Assembly: GCA_044892525.1 (NCBI GenBank)
Contig: CM097885.1
Location: 3,660,001 to 3,724,000 of the forward strand
Direction of reading: 5' to 3'
From: Schmidtea polychroa
Taxonomy: Eukaryota
DNA: 64,000 nucleotides
The notes beneath the pieces were generated by a model. The model made no database searches. It was not told where the DNA came from and was given only the letters and a program-made list of their open reading frames with translations. This document shows positions 42,700-55,261 of the stretch, piece by piece. Position 1 is the first letter of the stretch; the number at the start of each line of letters is the position of its first letter. The position numbers were made by a program, and so were the translations under genes.

Positions 42700-44143
42700 C
42701 TCTTATTGTTCGAAATTGTCTTTCCCTCTTCCATTTTCCACAAACATATTTTTTGCATGTAGAACAAAGGTTTATGGTTTTATTTTTTTGCAATATCCAA
42801 TTTGACACGTTTTTCGTCTTTCAGAAATTGTAGTGGAATCTGCTGAAGTTGTCGCCTTACTTTCCCTATTTTCTTGTTCATGTATATCGCGGTATTCGGT
42901 GGCAAGTTCCTCTGTCAACTGAAATAAATATTCTTGTCGTGATATCCTTTCTCCAGTTGTTTGCTTATATAAAATCCAAGCATTTATAGCAGCTAAATCC
43001 AGAATGTTGAAAAATACCTGGACAGGCCATCTATTAGATTTAGATTTTGTGCTGTACTTTCTAGCAATTTGATCCGTCATATCGACGCCAAAAAATAATT
43101 TACCTGTTTCTTTAATTTTTACATATCTATGCTTCGAACTTAGTAAGAGAACTTTTTTTTTCGGTTTGCTTTTGTAAATTATTAGAGTACAATTATTTGA
43201 TTTGTAAAGCTACGTTGAAATACGTGCCATTTTGTCTTTCTTTTCTTTTGCAAGTTTGGGTAATTCCCTCTTATTCGCCCGAATAGTTCCTACTAAGGTA
43301 GTTCTTTTTGATAAAGGTTTTGTTGCTAAAAATGTGCTTGTAAAAATAAATATTTCTTCCGCACCCTATAAATGGTTCAATGAGTTTGAGATCAACAAAT
43401 TCACTAAGTGGTATTGTTGATGGCCTCGTTTCATCTTTTCCCAAATACGGAAATCCATTCACAATATATTTACTTTTAACATCCGATGTCAACCAGAACT
43501 TGATCCCGAACTTATCGGGTTTATTGAGCATATATTGTGTAAATTGGCATCTTGATTTTGTCGCAAATAGCTGTTCATCAATAGTAATATTTGCATCTAG
43601 TTTGTAGCAGTTTTGACTATTTTCTATAAATGCGTTCCATACCTTGGAGATGAGAGCAAATTTGTCAGTCTGCAGACGCTGGCTCCGCTCGCTTCTTCTA
43701 TTAAAACGAATAAATCGCATAATTTCTGTGAAACGATTTCTGTTCATTGTTCGTGAAAAAATGCAGGACCCCATTTTTTTATTCCATAAATATGAAACGT
43801 TCAAGTTTCTTGTTTCATATGCACCTTGTTTCATATAAAATTGCTATGAAAGCATCTAACTCTTCTAAAATTATACTCCATTCGGATCCTAAAACTCGAC
43901 GTGCTTCTGATACTGTGCATATATATTCTAGCGGTCAAAAGACCGCTAAGGGTAGACAACGGTAGAGTACATATTATTATCAGGAAAAACGAAAAAAAAA
44001 GAAAAATATATATTGAAAAATTAAACAGCTATATATTATAGAAAAACTCGTGCAGTAAGTTCAAGAAAAATAAAAACCTGGAATTTAACAATTTCGATTA
44101 AAGTCTCAAAAGCGGTCATTTGATCTCTCTGTTAGGTTTAGTG
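42700..44143 (-). mobile_element. Decayed piggyBac (PGBD4-like) element
   Basis: MNRNRFTEIMRFIRF, TIDEQL, KPDKFGIKFW, RWPVQVFFNILDLAAINAWILY, C-terminal Cys motif. One terminus ...GGTTTAGTG-TTAA at 44143. Confidence 0.88.
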
Positions 44144-45232
44144 TTAAAAAGGCAGAAACTATTTAATAGAATATGAATTAATTATAAAGGTCAACAACTG
44201 TTTAATAAAACATAAATTAGTAATTATAAAGGTTAGGAGCATGATGAAATATAATTTAATAAATAAACATGCGGTAAACGCATATAGTAAGAAAAATAAA
44301 TATTTATATTAATTACTTAAAATTTAGTATATAAACGATCACCAAAATGAGTCTATTCGGCCAAAAATTAAATCTAGCACTTGAATCTTGGAAAGGTAAT
44401 CTTTATGATATTTCAAAATAGGCCAGTTCAGAAAAGTCTAACAGAATTCTTTTGCATTCACAATAAAACACGCACTTCAAAACATACAACAGAAACATAA
44501 CCAGCATCTGTTTTATATAAATTTAATATCGAAATTTCAGAAAAAACAAATCGAGCTGTAATTTTTTTAAAAGGTGAATTTTATTTTCGAATAAATTTTA
44601 GTAATCGGGTGTTATTGTTATTCGATCATTTATATAAGAACCAGTAAGTTAAGAATCTCATATTGTGAGACCTCAACATATTTATTACAATTTCAGTGAT
44701 TTCATTTTATAACGGAACCAAAAATATATTTCTAATGTAATCTTTAGTCTTCTTTTCAATACCGGCTTGACAAAGTTCTTTGAGAATTTCTTATATGAAG
44801 GTTTTACTCTTTTACTCCTTTAGAAATATAAATTTTATTTTCATATTTAATCAAATTGTCACTTGGTTATATTGTGCTAAAGTACATTGATCCACGTCTA
44901 CATCGACGCTGCCATCGTAAATATCTGGGATCATTTTATTGATCATTGCCAGGGTCGCCATGTTAATAATAAACGCTTAACAATATACAAATATATATTT
45001 TAATACAAATTATTGCCTAAATCTGGTATTATTAAAACACCCGATTTAAATGGCGAATTAATTAATTTAATAATAATGCTAATTATGCGTGCCAGCATTT
45101 ATACTTTTACTATATAATAGTATTTGATACTTATAATACAATATATATTTTATTTATAAATTAATTATTTAGATATCCCTAACATAGAGTATGATGGTAG
45201 TGAATAGAAAGGTTTGCGTAGTGGATGAAGAT

Positions 45233-46454
45233 CATGGCGTCCACATGGGGAGACTGACAAGGCTTTAGCCCTAGGGCCCGGGATTAATGGGGCCCGCCGT
45301 GGCAGGTCGGTTAGCTAAATGAGAAACTTATTAAATATTGACTTTTGTTTTGTACATATCAACTAAAATTTATTAATTTTCCACGAGATCGGTTAACATG
45401 GAGTGCATCAAAAGAAGCTCTCTTCTGTCTACCATTTCGTATTTGTTGTGACCAAATTAGCAAAAACTTAAGCAGTTTAGCCCAAGAAGGATTTTTGCCT
45501 AGAAATAAACCTTGGAAAAAGTTGTATGATATTTTGCCTCCTCATGAAAATAGTGCTCACCATAGAAAACATGATTTATCATGGAAATTCTTATTGCAGA
45601 CATTAAAAGGATATGGAATAGATAAAGATTTACAACGGCAAATTCAATGGGAGACAACTTATTGGAAAGCACTTCAGAAACGGATTGTAGATGTAACATT
45701 ATTTTTATCATCAAGAGGTTTAGCTTATCAGGGATATAACACTCATATTGGTGATGTTCATAATTGGAATTTCTTAGAAATTTTAGAATTGATTGGAAAA
45801 TATGATGAAGTGACACAACTTACCGCAAAAGCATCAAAGCTTGTAAAAACATATGAGTCAGATCTGTCAGAAGACTTACTGCACGAATTTCTTCCCCTTA
45901 AAAGTATTCACAAAACAGTTTTCGGAACTAAAAGAAGTCCAGTTAAACTTCTGAATGCAATTTATGACAAAAAACTGCAAGGTACATTTGCTAATATCTG
46001 CCTCGCCATTCAACTGTTTTGTACCGTACCAGTTACGGTTTCTTCAGCTGAAAGATCATTCAGAAGGCTGGCAAATTCAATAAAAACATGGCAAAGAAGC
46101 ACAACTAGTCAAGATCGACTCAATCATCTAGCAATTTTAAGTATCGAAAATGATTTAGCAAAGAAATTTGATTTTAATGATGTCATTGAAAAATTTGCAT
46201 TGACATAAGCTAGAAAATATAGTCTACTTTGAGATAATTTTTGATATTATTGTAAGTTTTTACCATAGTCTATGTTTTTTAAAATGTAAAGCTGAAAGCT
46301 GTAGTTTATTTTTAATAAATTTTTAATGTTACTTTCTTGCCATCATTTATCCGCCCTTTTTTATTCTAATTCCTATAGAGCATCAAGTGGTATATAGTTT
46401 GGGGGCCCGCGAAAATCCTGGCCTGGGGGTCCCCTTTAGGATGTGGGGGTCATG
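45233..46454 (+). mobile_element. Internally deleted hAT (ZMYM1-like) element
   Basis: TIR CATGGCGTCCACAT / ATGTGGGGGTCATG. Perfect 8-bp TSD ATGAAGAT (45225-45232, 46455-46462). ORF 45345-46208 joins the N-terminal part directly to the dimerisation domain (TVPVTVSSAERSF). Confidence 0.9.
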
Positions 46455-46487
46455 ATGAAGATGCTTACTTTTTGAATATATGTCAGT

Positions 46488-46705
46488 ACATAGTAGTTGG
46501 TAGTTAGTTGTTGGTACTTATTTGTTAGTACCTAGTTATAAATACTTAGTAGCTGGTAATTATTACCCGTTGTTGATACTTGTTATCTGCTTGTAAATAC
46601 TTAGTTGTTTATACTTAGTTGTTAGCTGGTTGTTAGTACCTAGTTGTTAGTACCAAATTGTTAGTACTTAATAATTGGTACCCAGTAGTTGGTTTAATTG
46701 TCTAG
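46488..46705. repeat. Degenerate ~14-bp tandem repeat
   Basis: Unit approximately TAGTTGTTAGTAC(C/T). Confidence 0.7.
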
Positions 46706-47685
46706 TGGATTTTGTGGTTTGTGCAAATCAATTAAATTTAACTTGTTTTCTTAGATGTAGATGCTGTCAAGAATACAAGAAGAAAGAAATAGTATACATT
46801 CTACTTGCTGAATTAAGAAGAACTTCATTATAAGCAAATATGTGATGAAGAATAAACGTTGCATCTTTATTTTGCTTTTAATTATTATTATTTTTATGTG
46901 TTTGTTAGTACTTGGTGGTTGATGTAGTGCCTCTGACTTCTACATTAATAAAAATATCAACTTAATAATTAAACTTAAAATATATTATTAAATTAATTAT
47001 ATTAAAATGATTGTTTATATATTCTTTTTTTTCAAAAAACATCATAAACAATTCATGCATCTTTCGACATCTCAATGGTTAACTCTCATAAAATGAATAT
47101 AAAATATCTGGCAAACATTCGAGAAGATGAAACATTTGTTTTCCTATCTGAGATCAATTTAATCAGTTTGATCATCAACCCCTTCTATTCAACCAAAGAA
47201 ATTTTCCATAAAGAAATTTTCTTTAGAATACTAGTAGTCATCCCAATGTCCAGATCAAATATAGGTCAATCGAATCATTTTATTTATTTATTTATTTTTT
47301 TTTTAAATTTATTTAATTCTATTTAATTTTTTTTAATTTAATAATTAATTATTTTATTAGGTTTTTTGTTTTAATTAATTACTTTAGTTAATTTTAATAT
47401 TCTAGTTAATATTCTAACAAGAGTGTAAATTGTAACAATATTATTTCAATTTGAATAAAATTTTAATTAGTAATAATCATAAAATAAAGCTGTGTTAATT
47501 TAAAATAAAATGGGCATTAATTTTTCAAAACAAAGTAAAGTTTTTCATGATAAATAATAATTCTTACTTGAAACTAATTATCTAAATTAATTGCACAAAT
47601 GAATTATTAAATGATAAAACATATTTTAATTAACGAAGTCAAATAATTCACAATATATATTTTATTATTCACATAAATTTAATTG

Positions 47686-50600
47686 TTAAAGTGCTTGTTT
47701 CGATTTGCATTCATTTCTAGACATAGCAGTTGCAATATGCATTTGACGAATCTTATAGTGACCGTAGGCATAGCTTTCATTAGAATTGAACCAATACCTT
47801 TTATCATCCAAACATTGGAGAGCTCGTTTTTCTGTAATGAAAGTATACAACTGATGATTAACACTTCCTATTCTCTTTTGTTGAATGCTCACTGTTCCAC
47901 CATCAGTATACACTTTTTTATAGGCTTCATGGGTGATATTAGAATTTGTAAGACTTATTCCTTTGGCTTTTAGAGTGTTTTTATCGCCTTGGAGGGAGTA
48001 GCATTTGGGTCGAAGAAACACCCATTCTTTATATTGATTTCCTTTATTCTCATCCTTAACTTTCCCGATTACCGAACAAATTTTATCTGAGAACAATGGA
48101 TCAGTCACTGGATAATTTGAAGTATCTAGGAGCCCATCGGCAATCATTTATGGATACAGTTGTAAGCGTAAATCAACATTTTTACACTCTAAAAAGAAGG
48201 AATCTGTGTCACCACCTACGATATTAATTTGACAATTGAATTCTTCTCTATAACTCTGTAGTTCTTTATATTGAAACTGGTACATGCGAAGTTTAGATAA
48301 ATCAAGTACGGTTTGTCCAATATACATTGGTCTATCTAAACACACAATTTCCTTATTGAGTAAAACAGCAATGAGATCATCCGCAATCTTGATGCTACGA
48401 CGAAACATAGGATGACTACAATAAGTTATCAATCTTTTGCTTTTGTTGCATAATCTCAAATTTATACGTTTCTTCAAGTTTTCCACAGTTTTACCGTATA
48501 AACTGTTGTTCTTTAACTTATAATAATCTCGCTGAAACGAATCCGTACTAGCTGCTCTCATTTTGGTATTGTAATCAATATATCCTTTGAAAATAGCCAC
48601 TTGCTTGAATTCTACAGCACGATTAACTTTTGTGACTTTTGCGCCGTAACTCAACCACTCTGTCAAAACTCTACCATTAACTACATAGTTTTTCTTAGGC
48701 TCATGAGTTAACAACAGCTTTTCAACTTTACTACCAGGTGGATAACAAAGCTCAGGAGCTATAGGTAAATCATCTAGCTTATCTTGTATACTATCAGGAA
48801 TGACGATGTCAACCTCTAGAACATATCCACGATCTCCATCAAACTCATCCCCATTTGCACATCTTTCAACAATACCATTCATTTCAGTCTGATCATTTAT
48901 CCATCTAAATTCACCAACAGGAAGTTTTTGCGACAGTGCCCATCCATATAAATTATTAACATCTAGGTATGACATTTGTGTTGATTCATCAGCTTCAACA
49001 TGATGTTTGTTGATAAATGTCATTCCACCACGAATACCAGCTTCAAATAAACGGTAAAGCTCTGGATCTTGAATAAGTTCTACCGGTTCAGGTAACTGTT
49101 TAATAGCTGATGCCCAACTTAATCCGGGTATGGAAACAAACGATAGAGCCTCAAGTCCGTCTTCGTCAAATGTTTTTTCTCTGAAAGCTTCAAAAACATC
49201 GGCCAACAGAAAAACATCCAGCTTGAGATATACTAGCATGTAATCTAGCAGTGTCTCACAGTTGTATTGTTGCCAGATTCGATTTGCATGTATATAATCT
49301 TCTTGACTAACTCCTTCCCAAATCGGTGGTAATTCTCTTATTGACTGTAAAACATCCATTGATGTAGCTATATCATAAGGAAAAATGGTTTTACAAGTCA
49401 TCATCTGTGATTCGAAAACATCTGAGGTCAGTGGAAGACATGGTAAATTTTTTGATAAATTTGCCAAGCTGCTATTTAAAAATTGTAAAGAATCAATGAA
49501 TCTAATTCTTCTGCCTTTCGATGTCGCTGTAAGTGTGAGAAACTTTTCTGTTGATTGAGGAATAACATTTAAATTCCAATCGGGGAATTTTCCAATTGCA
49601 TATTTTAATATATGATGAATGTCATATCCACGAAGATTGTGAAATACAACAGGTAAAGACGGATTGATTCTTCTAGCCAAATTACAATCTTGACACGCTG
49701 CTCCGAGATATTGACTGGTAAAATGATCATGATCCCGAACAGGTATATTGATAATCTTTTTACAAAGGTAGCAATGAGTTTGGTTTGTGAATTCTTCCTG
49801 CTGTTCCCAAGTGAGTTCCATCATTTCCTTTGATCCATTAATTTTATACCACGGATAAACTATGTCTGTAGCTATATCATCCAATGCTTGTATAAACTGA
49901 ATGATACAGTTTTTCCCAACAAATGTTTCATTTCGGATCGGACAACCTTGATGAAGAAGCACAAATTCAGATGCAATCGGCTCATGTTTTTGGAAGTGCT
50001 TGCCATCTAGAGGTAATATCGATTCAAAGTCCGCGTAGACAACAAACTGCTGTTTTATAGTTTTACTCCAGTCTTTAAATTCGATCTATTTATTCTCTGG
50101 CATTGAGTATAGAGTCGTCCGCTCCACATTCTTCCTACAAAGACATATATGTCTTTCAAAAGCAGGACGTTTTCGAAACCCATGAAGACATGTATGACAC
50201 CATTGTGATTGGATTCTGACTCCTTCTACTTTATCTCTGTAATTCAGCAGTCGATCGCGATTGGTTACAGCCAAAAAATGATAATTTAATTCTAAAATTT
50301 AGTTAATATTTTAATGATTAATAGAAATATTACCTTCTTCAATCAATAGGAGATATATCTGAGATCCCGTCGGAGTACTTCTATATACCAAGTCAACGAA
50401 CGGATTCTTGAAAATATCATAAGTTTTTTGTTTAATTGGATCCTTATTATATTTGAGAACATTGATCGATAGATTAGGATTCATTGCCTCAAATTGGCAA
50501 ATGTTAACCAACTTTATTGGAAACCAATCTGATTTCCATTTTAGCTCTAAATATATATATATATATTTTTTTTTCTTAGAATGATATAAATATATATTAC

Positions 50601-51675
50601 CACTTAAATTATATTTCATTACTCTTTCTCTGTAGTGTTTTATGTCATCATAATGTAATACAGCCAGTATGCTATATAAAAAACAGAATTGATCATTGTT
50701 TTGAACATTAACTAAAGCCTTGCAGTTTTTCAGGTAATTTGGCGTTTTAATGTAACTTGAACCTAAGTAAATATCTTGATTTATATATATATAATAATGT
50801 AAATAAACTTACCAGATACATGTATTATGTCTGATAATTTAGTTAAAATCATAGTAACTTCTAATATTTTATGAATTCTCCACCCACTACTTTGTTGAGT
50901 GTATTTCTCCAACTTTTCTTTTAATTTTTCAATTCCATCATTAATAAATGAAGATGACATTGTAATTGCTTTATTCGACAAACACCATTTTTTATTTTCA
51001 CCATCCTCTTTGATAAACTCTGCACAAAGTCCAAATTGGATTTTTACTGTCCCCATTCGTTGAATATGATCTTCTATTTCTTTGATGAGACAATCTGGAA
51101 CAACAATGTCAGGAGAATTAATTGCAGATACATCGCTTGTCAATTCAACTCGAGAACCATTTAAGTCAGACTCCCGACGTGGACACAATTGTATGTTAGA
51201 GTCTCCATTTCCGTAAAATATTGACTTTCGTTTTGTGGTGCCAGAGTTTTGTCTAACTATATTTATAATTAATATTAAACAACTTAAATAACATAACTTG
51301 TAACATATTCTTTAATCTGCTAAGGATCGTATGATGTATTCATTTTCGATTGTACTATAAACAATTAATAATTGTTAATAGTAGAAAGAGTATTACTTTT
51401 AGTGATCATCCTGCCCTTCGTTTCTTCGAATCTTCTAAGATGGTGTCCGTGTTGTCGTACAAACATTAACCACCTACTTGGTGTTATAATGAGACATTCC
51501 GGACATATGTAACCCGATAAGGTAGAGTCATTTATCTTGAAATATGATGATGTAACTGATTTACAGTTCTCCACATCTTCATGACTTTCGGCAATACAAA
51601 ATTTATATAAACTGCATCCGTTCACTAAAAGAAAATAATCATTAATATTAGATAGAGAATAAAAAATTATTCACT
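47686..51675 (-). pseudogene. Protein-primed family B DNA polymerase, left arm, 7 exons, 1236 codons plus stop
   Basis: Exons 51675, 51624-51397, 51354-51298, 51256-50813, 50762-50601, 50546-50334, 50291-47686 splice in one frame. Motifs GSSYIKTP..NNDQFCF, YADFES, VRDHDH..GAACQDCNL, FHNLRGYD, YLDVNNLYG, KLKNNSLYGK, GDTDS. Three nonsense codons (51320-22, 50086-88, 48148-50). Confidence 0.9.
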
Positions 51676-51747
51676 TATATAAGTTAAATTAAAAGTTTAA
51701 ATGACAAACATTTGAAAAGTTACTGCTTATATATTACACATGATTAA

Positions 51748-51881
51748 ATTCTGACTGATCAAAATCAAGGAAGGGGTAGGAAAAATAAATATATTCTGAC
51801 CAATCAAAATCAAGGAAGGGGTAGGGAAATTAAATACATTCTGACCAATCAAAATCAAGGAAGGGGTAGGAAAAATAAATG
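51748..51881 (-). promoter_or_regulatory. Triplicated ~45-bp CCAAT-containing unit upstream of the pPolB TATA box
   Basis: TTCTGACCAATCAAAATCAAGGAAGGGGTAGG x3 here and x1 in the right arm (55147-55190). TATATAAG lies about 15 bp toward the gene. Confidence 0.6.
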
Positions 51882-52159
51882 CATTACGTTGCAGTATTTT
51901 AAAACACATTTTGATGCTAAAGTTGACTTATTTAACATTTTCATAATAATTTAATAAAAAATAATGTGATGAACACACAAAGTAATATCATTTTTCATCA
52001 AATTGCAAAACAGTAATAACGTTTTCATAAAATTATAACAAAGTAATAACATATTTCAAATAAATTTTCAACAGTTGTAAAATATTTAAGCAAATTGTTA
52101 TAAGATTATAAAAATATTGCAACAAAGTAATAAAATAATACAACATTTTAAACTCTAGA

Positions 52160-52600
52160 TCAATCCATTTTATAGAAAATTAAATTTTATCTCTATAATA
52201 TATGAATAAATATACAAGGAAATTACGTTAACGTATAATAAATACAAGTTTATCGTAAAAACATGTGTGTATTACACACAAAACAAGATACATAATTTCT
52301 AATCAATCCATTTTATAGAAAATTAAATTTTATCTATATATTATATGAATAAAATCCTAAGAAAATTACGTTAACCGCGCGAAAAATACAAATTTATCGT
52401 AAAAACATGTGTGTATTACACACAAAGCGACAAACTAAAATTGTAATTGAGCCATTTTATAGAAAATTAAATTTTATCTATATAATATATGAATAAAAAT
52501 CCAAGAAAATTACGTTAACCGCGCGAAAAATACAAATTTATTGTAAAAACATATGTGTATTACACACTAAACACCAAACTAAAATTGTAATTGAGACATG
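52160..52600. repeat. ~145-bp tandem repeat, 3 units (2 units in the right arm, 54570-54868)
   Basis: Unit starts CCATTTTATAGAAAATTAAATTTTATCT and contains the near-palindromes TACGTTAACGTA and TGTGTGTATTACACACA. Confidence 0.9.
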
Positions 52601-53859
52601 TTGTAGAGAATTAAATTCTGCCTATACATGGTTACACTTAAATCCCAATCGGACAAAGAGAAAAGAGAGAAAAAGAGAGAGAAAAACAGTAGAGGAGGGT
52701 ATTGTGTGGAGCCGGGAACAAGGACATATGACGTCATCGATGACGTCACAAGGACGTATGACGCATACCCCCCACCCCTCGGGGAGGGGGGTTTTTTTAA
52801 TTTTTTTTAATATATTACGTTGCGGTATTTTAAAATTTATATTACGTTGCGGTATTTTAAAATTTATGTTGAGGTTCCAAGAATCTCAACTTGATGATCT
52901 TATATAAATAAATAAGTCAAACACTGGTTCTTTCAAGACTTTTATTTGATAACAATAATGATATATTACAAAATAAAATATTCACCTTTTCACACAGTCA
53001 ATTATGTAATTTTATATAGGGTTGTCTTGTTGTCTTGTTTTCTTTGCTAATAGTCTCTAGATGCTATTACCTGAGCTCGGTTATGTAAATCTGTATGCTC
53101 AAATTATATTGCAATATCAATTACTGAATTTGCAACTCTTCTTCGCAAATGATTTTTTTGGGTGAGTTGACTGAAATATCAGTCTGTATATATACCAATT
53201 TTTTGTTGACACCCCATTTGGAGTGTCAACATACCTATTTTATTTTCCCTGGTATTTTGTTTATTTTAAATGCGATTTTCTTGGTTTTGTTTGTTTGGTT
53301 GGTTTCCATTTGAAATCGTTACAGTTTTGAATGAAATTGAAATTAAATATATTTTGCATTATTTATTTTGATTGATATTTTCGAGAATATTTACAATATC
53401 GATTTCAATAAATCCTAATCATGTGTTGTTTAAATAGGAACTCGATTTGCAATTTGCTCAATATTTGCAAAAGCAGTCGTTTCAAGGAGTAGATTCCCAA
53501 ATACTTATTATTCAATTTTGTTTTATTGAATTAATCTAAAAATATTTTGCTTAACATTTTAATAAGCCTTTATTATTATTATTGTTTATTTTATCAAAGT
53601 CCAAAACGATTAAAATTGGATCAGTAGCATCTCTCATAACGCAACACTGTTTCGATCGCGCATAGAATGAATATGATACGACGAATAAATAAATCATTAG
53701 CAACAAAAATAAAAATCGTAAAGCAACAACAACAAAATAACCCAAAACCACATTTTATGTTTGAAATTGTTGAAAATTTTTCTAATGCAAACAATATGCA
53801 CTTAGTGCAATAAAATAAACATTCAACCAACTGGTTGATTTTTTTTTAAAAAATAATTG

Positions 53860-53964
<105 letters not shown>

Positions 53965-53977
53965 TAATAATAATAAC

Positions 53978-54051
<74 letters not shown>

Positions 54052-54064
54052 TAATAATAATAAC

Positions 54065-54130
<66 letters not shown>

Positions 54131-55261
54131 TTCACCATAAAAATAAAAACAATCGATGTTATAATCAAATAATTTAATCAATATAGTCATAATTGTCGAT
54201 AGATCACCAAATTGTCATCATCTTGTATTCGAATCAATTTTCATTAACTTATTTCTGAATATGTATATTTATTCTATATCTATCTGCCCCTATTGTATAA
54301 TATTTTAATTTTAAAATTTTTAGGATTCTCCCATCTTCTAACATTTATATTACGTTGCGGTATTTTAATATATTACGTTGCGGTATTTTAAAATTTAAAT
54401 TTATTTTATTCACATCATTCGAAAGGTCTTGAAGAGATCTATGCAAAGGTTTCACCCGGCTCCACACAAAACCCTACTCTACTGTTTTTCTCTCTCTTTT
54501 TCTCTCTTTTCTCTTTGTCCGATTGGGATTTAAGTGTAACCATGTATAGGCAGAATTTAATACTCTACAACATGGCTCAATTACAATTTTAGTTTGGTGT
54601 TTAGTGTGTAATACACACATGTTTTTACGATAAATTTGTATTTTTCATACAGTTAACGTAATTTTCTTAGGATTTTATTCATATAATATATAGATAAAAT
54701 TTAATTTTCTATAAAATGGATTGATTAGAAATTATGTATCTTGTTTTGTGTGTAATACACACATGTTTTTACGATAAATTTGTATTTATTATACGTTAAC
54801 GTAATTTCCTTGTATATTTATTCATATATTATAGAGATAAAATTTAATTTTCTATAAAATGGATTGATCTAGAGTTTAAAATGTTGTATTATTTTATTAC
54901 TTTGTTGCAATATTTTTATAATCTTATAACAATTTGCTTAAATATTTTACAACTGTTGAAAATTTATTTGAAATATGTTATTACTTTGTTATAATTTTAT
55001 GAAAACGTTATTACTGTTTTGCAATTTGATGAAAAATGATATTACTTTGTGTGTTCATCACATTATTTTTTATTAAATTATTATGAAAATGTTAAATAAG
55101 TCAACTTTAGCATCAAAATGTGTTTTAAAATACTGCAACGTAATGCATTTATTTTCCCTACCCCTTCCTTGATTTTGATTGGTCAGAATTTAATCATGTG
55201 TAATATATAAGCAGTAACTTTTCAAATGTTTGTCATTTAAACTTTTAATTTAACTTATATA

